A stretch of DNA of 64,000 nt, taken from assembly GCA_030390025.1 (NCBI GenBank), contig CM059433.1, forward strand, positions 2,480,001 to 2,544,000. The letters run 5' to 3'. The notes beneath the pieces were generated by a model, which was not told where the DNA came from, searched no databases, and saw only the letters and a program-made list of their open reading frames with translations. The translations under genes and the position numbers were made by a program. Source of the stretch: Squalus acanthias. Lineage: Eukaryota. Shown one piece after another: positions 58,501 through 64,000 of this stretch (the stretch's first letter is position 1; each line of letters starts with the position of its first letter).

Positions 58501-60417
58501 TGACGATAGCGGTTGTCCTTTTCTAACTAAACCAGCAGTTAAGTCAATCATTAAGACCTTATTTAAATGAGCAAAACTGCCATTTTCTGATTTCTTTACT
58601 TTGTGAATTCTGTTGGTTTGCACGCGACATGCCAAGGAAAATTCTAACCTGTCTTTGAAATGATTGCTATTCCTCTTTATTCAGTCACGCATAACTTTAA
58701 GGGTCAAGTCAAACACACCAAGACATTCAGGAGTCGAAATTTGTATGAGTCCGTTTTCGGGCACAGAATTGTCACTGCCTCGACTACGCACACCTAATTA
58801 CATGGGCGCATTTAGCAGACGAAATTGGTCATTACCTTGAAATAGGCAGGCTGGCAGTGCTAGTCCCACTGTTGATTGGCAGCTCGCCTAATCAGGAGCT
58901 TGAATATTCGGCATCGCTGCCGATATTTAAAGGCGCATTGTGAAGCAAAGAGTTTTTTTTTTGCATTGGTCTTCATATTCTTAATTATGTCAGAGGAAAA
59001 TCAATGAGCTAGTAGTGTTGGAGGGCATTCAGAAGATGGGTGGAAGGAGTGGGTCAAATGGTGGAACTGTTGATATGCTGGGGGGAGGGTCCGCTTAAGA
59101 GAATCTCTCCTCAGTAATTTGTTGCCTTACAGCTATGAGAGCTGGCAGTACTGCTTGGCTTTGGTCTTCTCATCATCTGCTTCTTCCTCATCCCCTTCTG
59201 CATCTTGCTCCTGCATTTCTTCCTCCTGTGCCGGCTGCAAGACTTGGCCCCTCTGAATGGCATAGTTGTGTAGCATGCAGCAAACCACTCCAAATCTGGG
59301 ACTCGCTGGGGGCTATACTGTAGGGCTCCACTGGATCAGTCCTGGCACTGGAACCTTTGCTTTAGGACATCTACGGTTTGCTCAGTAAGAGTTCTGGTTT
59401 GACTGTGGCTCTCACTGTATCAGCGCTCTGTGTCTGTGCCTGGGTTCCTGACAGGAGTCATGAGCAATGTTGTTTTGGGGGGTGCACGGCCCCTTTAAGG
59501 GGCTGCATGGCCCATTCACAGGTTCGCGCGAACTGTAACAGAGGAAAAGCCAGTCCCGGGCTGCGCGGGACTGGCAGAGAGCATGGGAACATTGGTCATG
59601 AGTCAGGTGTAGAGTGGATGACCCTATCTGCAAGGATCCAGCCTGACACCCTGCTGGTCTGGGTCGAAGACAGGGGTGAGTGAGAACTGGCGCAGACTAC
59701 TGCCAAGACACTGGGCACAGACCTGCTTTATTCACTCACTCTGGTCACAGACCAGCTGAACATTCAGGGAGTGGAACCACTTCCTGCTTTCAAACATGGT
59801 TGGTTCTTGAAGGAGAGAACACAGGTCAATGTGTGTGCAGTCAATTATACCTTGTACCTGTGGAAATCCAGCGATTCGGGAAAATCCAAGAGCTCTCAGC
59901 TCAGTCGCATGACCCGAGTCCCATATTGTTTAGAATAGTGTACTACAGATTTTGGCTCTTCTACCTCAATCAGAAAATGCTCTCTCAAGAAATAACATTC
60001 CAGTATATGCCATGCCATCTGTGGCTCGCTCCTTACAAATTGAATTTATTTGACAATTTGCGAGCTGTGTGCCTGAGAGTGTTGCCAGTTATGAGTGTCT
60101 GTAGGTGAAAGGTGAAATAAAAGGAACAGAAGGCTGGAAAATACAGAAAAATTCTGATAGAAAAAACATATTAAAGAACATAAAGCAGAAGTGTTGAAAG
60201 CAGTGATGGTTTTGCTTCAGCCTTATTCTTGCGCAAAAAGGTTTCAAAAGTGGTGGTTTGATAGCTGCTGATCTGTCAGCTGGCTATCGTTGAGAGGATG
60301 GACCTGATGGAATCTGAAATCACCCACAAACAAAGATAATATTTTCAGTTTAATGCTCCCCAAACCATGAGAGTTAGTTTGGCTGAACTACACCTTCCTG
60401 GTTTGACGGTTTATCCT

Positions 60418-60920
60418 TAGAATCATAGAATGATACAGCAGAGAAGGAGGCCATTCGGCCCATCGTGCCTGTGCCGGCTCTTTGAACGAGCTCGCCAATT
60501 AGTCCCACTCCCCCCTGCTCTTTCCCCACAGCCCTGGAAATTTTTCCACTTCAAGTATTTATCTAATTCCCTTTTGAAAGTTAGTATTGAATCTGCTTCC
60601 ACCGCCCTTTCAGGCAGCGCGTTCCAGATCACAACAACTCGCTGCGCAAATTTATTTTTCCTCATGTCGCCGCTGTTTTTTCTTGCAAATTACCTTGAAT
60701 CTGTGCCTCTGGTTGCTGACCCTCCTACCACTGGAAACAGTTTCTCCTTATTTACTCTATCCAAATGTTTCATGATTTTTGAACAGCTCTATCAAATCAC
60801 CCCTTTAACCTTCTCTGCTCTAAGGAGAACAATTCCAGTTTCTCCAGTCTTATCATGTAACTGAAGTCTTTCACCCCTGGTAACTTTTGAATAAATCTCC
60901 TCTCCACCCTCTCTAAGCCC
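60418..60920 (-). mobile_element. CR1 3' fragment
   Basis: FAQRVVVIWNALP; (atgattct)n tail. Confidence 0.8.
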
Positions 60921-61712
60921 TTTGGTAGGAAGAATAGAAAAACAGAATATTTTTTAAAAGGTGAGAAACTAGTAAATGTTGGTGTTGAGAGATTTAGGTA
61001 TCCTTGTACAGGAAACACAGAAAGCTAGCATGCAGGTACAGCAAGCAATTAGGAAGGCAAATGGCATGTTGGCCTTTATTGCAAGGGGGTTGGACTCCAA
61101 GTGTAAGGAAGTCTTGCTACAATTGTACAGGGCTTTGGTGAGACGACACCTGGAGCACTGTGCACAGTTTTGGTCTCCTTATCTGAGGAAGGATATACTT
61201 ACTTTAGAGGTGGTGCAACAAAGGTTCACTAGATTGATCCCTGGGATGAAAGGGTTGTCCTATGAGGAGAGATTGAGTAGATTGGGCCTATACTCTCTGT
61301 AGTTTTGAAGAATGAGAGGTGATCTCATTGAAACATATAAGATTCTGAGGGGGATTGACAGCGTAGATGCTGAGAGGTTGTGTCCCCTGGCTGGAGTGTC
61401 TAGAACTAGGGGGCATAGTCTCAGGATAAGGGGTCGGCCATTTCAGACTGAGATGAGGAGGAATTTCTTCACTCAGAGGGTTGTGAATCTTTGGAATTCT
61501 CTACCCCAGAGGGCTGTGGATGCTGAGTCTTTGAGTATATTCAAGGCTGAAATAGATCGATTTTTGGACTCTAGGGGAATGAAGGGATATGGAGATCGGG
61601 CGGGAAAGTGGAGTTGAGGTTGAAGATCAGCCATGATCTTATTGGATGGCAGAGCAGGCTCGAAGGGCCATATGGCCTTCACCTGCTCCTAATTCTTATG
61701 TTCTCATGTTCT
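60921..61712 (+). mobile_element. CR1 3' fragment
   Basis: RGDLIETYKIL, FFTQRVVNLWNSLP; ttcttatgtt tail. Confidence 0.88.
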
Positions 61713-61822
61713 GACTTCCCTCCTAAAGTGTGGTGCCCAGAATTAGCCACAGCTAATTACTCCAGCTGAGGCCTAACCTTTATAAAGGTTTATCATAACC
61801 TTCTTGCTTTTGTACTGTATGC

Positions 61823-63342
61823 TCTGAATGCTCCAGAACTAGCCGCACCTCTAGCCAAGTTGTTCCAGTACAGCTACAATACTGGCATCTATCCGACAAT
61901 GTGGAAAACTGCCCAGGTATGTCCTGTTGACAAAAACCAGGACAAATCCAATCTGGTCAATTAGCGTCCCATCAGTCTACTCTCAATCATCAGCAAAGTG
62001 ATGGAAGGTGTCGTCGATAGTGCTATCAAGCGGCACTTACTCACCAATAACCTACTTATTGAAGCCCAGTTTGGGTTCCACCAGGACCACTCGGCTCCAG
62101 ACCTCATTACAGCATTGGTCCAAACATGGTCAAAGGAGCTGAATTCCAGAGGTGAGGTGAGAGTAATTGCCCTTGACATCAAGGCAGCATTTGACTGAGT
62201 GTGGCATCAAGGAGCCCTAGTAAAACTGAAGTCAATGGGAATCGGGGGGAAAACTCTCCACTGGCTGGAGTCATACCTAGCACAAAGGAAGATGGTTGTG
62301 GTGGTTGGAAGACAATCATCACAGCCCCAGGACATCGCTGCAGGAGTTCCTCAGGGCAGTGTCCTAGGCCCAACCATCTTCAGCTGCTTCATCAATGACC
62401 CTCCCTCCAACATAAGGTCGGAAATGGGGATGTTCGCTGATGACTGTACAGTGTTCAGTGCCATTCGCAACTCCTCAGATAATGAAGCAGTCCATGCGCA
62501 AATGCAACAAGACCTGGACGAAAATCAGAGTTGGGCTGATAAGTGACAGGTAACATTCGCGCCACACCAGTGCCAGGCAATGACTCTCTCCAACAAGCGA
62601 GCATCTAACCATCTCCCTTGACATTCAACGGCATTACCATCGCTGAATCCCCCACTATCAACATCCTGGGGGTCACCATTAACCAGAAACTTAATTGGAC
62701 CAGCCACATAAATACTGTGGCAACAAGAGCAGGTCAGAGGCTGGATATTCTGCGGCGAGTGTCTCACCTCCTGACTCCCCAGAGCCTTTCCACCATCTAC
62801 AAGGCACAAGTAAGGGGTGTGATGGAATACTCTCCACTTGCCTGGATGAGTGCAGTTCCAACAACACTCAAGAAGCTCGACACCATCCAGGACAAAGCAG
62901 CCCGCTTGATTGGCACCCCATCCACCACCTTAAACATTTACTCCCTCCACCACCGGCGAACCGTGGCTGCAGTGTGTACTATCTACAAGATGCACTGCAG
63001 CAACTCGCCAAGGCTTCTTCGGCAGCACCTCCCAAACCCGCGACCTCTTCCACCTAGAAGGACAAGGGCAGCAGGCGCATGGGAACACCACCACCTCCAT
63101 GTTCCCCTCCAAGTCACACACCATCCTGACTTGGAAGTATATCGCCAATCCTTCATCGTCGCTGGGTCAAAATCCTGGGACTCCCTACCTAACAGCACTG
63201 TGGGAGTACCATCACCACACGGACTGCAGCTGTTCAAGAAGGCGGCTCACCACCACCTTCTCAAGGGCAACTAGGGATGGGCAATAAATGCTGGCATTGC
63301 CAGTAACGCCCTGATCCCATAAAAAAACAATTTAAAAAAAAA
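61823..63342 (+). mobile_element. CR1-group LINE 3' portion (degenerate RT, distinct family)
   Basis: [31 protein letters not shown] and A-rich tail. Confidence 0.85.
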
Positions 63343-64000
63343 CTTACTTTGCACCTCCACTCTTCACTCTCCCTCTATCTATATTATCAATTCCCCATCT
63401 CACGAGCCACCCCTCACACTCACCCTCATCCTAGTCCAATCATACCAACTAGCAACACATAAGGGTAGCCACTTGGGTGTTTTATCCGATGTTCATGTAA
63501 AGTTTCTGTTAATGTGCTGTCAAACATTGAAACCTTTATTTTCAACACTTTGTGTTTTTGACAGATTTGTGTGCACCTTTGGAAGTGGCTTAGTGAGTTG
63601 CAGTGAATGGTGAGACATAACGGTACCCCCCGCAATGGTGAGGAGTGTGAAAGAAATGGCTTGGGCATTGTAGGGATGTTTTATGGTGTTGGTGTATGGT
63701 GGTGCCAACCTGGTGCATCATGTGTCAGCCAGGGTGTACAGCTTCAAGTGAAACAAATCTGACCATGATGAGGCCATCCCTGGCATCCCGGGCAGCAATG
63801 TGGTTGGGTGCTGATGCCCTCTGTCCTGTGCAGCATCAGGTGATTGCGAAGAAGGTTGGTGTTGTTGGTGATGCTGGTGTTGGGGCTGATCGTGGTGGGA
63901 TTCTGAGGACCAAGGTGAGAGAGTTTCAAGGGCACCGATGCTGATGTAATAGATGGCAGGTGAACTTGGGATGACAGAAGCGATCTGTCAGTGGTGAGAG
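63343..64000 (-). mobile_element. Harbinger-derived fragment
   Basis: 63350-63480 resembles the reverse complement of the Myb-gene intron at 46080-46200. Confidence 0.45.

Overview
This is a transposon-saturated eukaryotic window, most likely intergenic or intronic DNA of a cartilaginous fish. That call rests on the CR1/L2 LINE content, a SacSINE1-like head and Neptune-type Penelope elements. I found no recognisable host protein-coding gene. The centrepiece is a triple nest: a Harbinger-type MITE (10978-21115) contains a full-length CR1 LINE with an open ORF2, whose ORF1 is split by an intact Penelope-like element (RT plus GIY-YIG, 14-bp TSD) with minimal hammerhead ribozymes in its pLTRs. 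A separate family of short non-coding hammerhead-bearing insertions occurs three times (24551, 34080, 44899), each with 12-14 bp TSDs and Penelope-style inverted ends; these are candidate retrozymes. Two decayed retrovirus-like elements are present. In the 38.9-44.7 kb region, an LTR with a perfect tRNA-Arg(TCG) PBS lies upstream of a gag-pol segment with an in-frame TGA-CTAG junction; whether they are one provirus is uncertain. The window also holds a probable solo LTR with clustered E2F motifs, several degenerate Harbinger elements and many CR1/L2 fragments. All calls are by eye from sequence and motif knowledge; no database searches were run.
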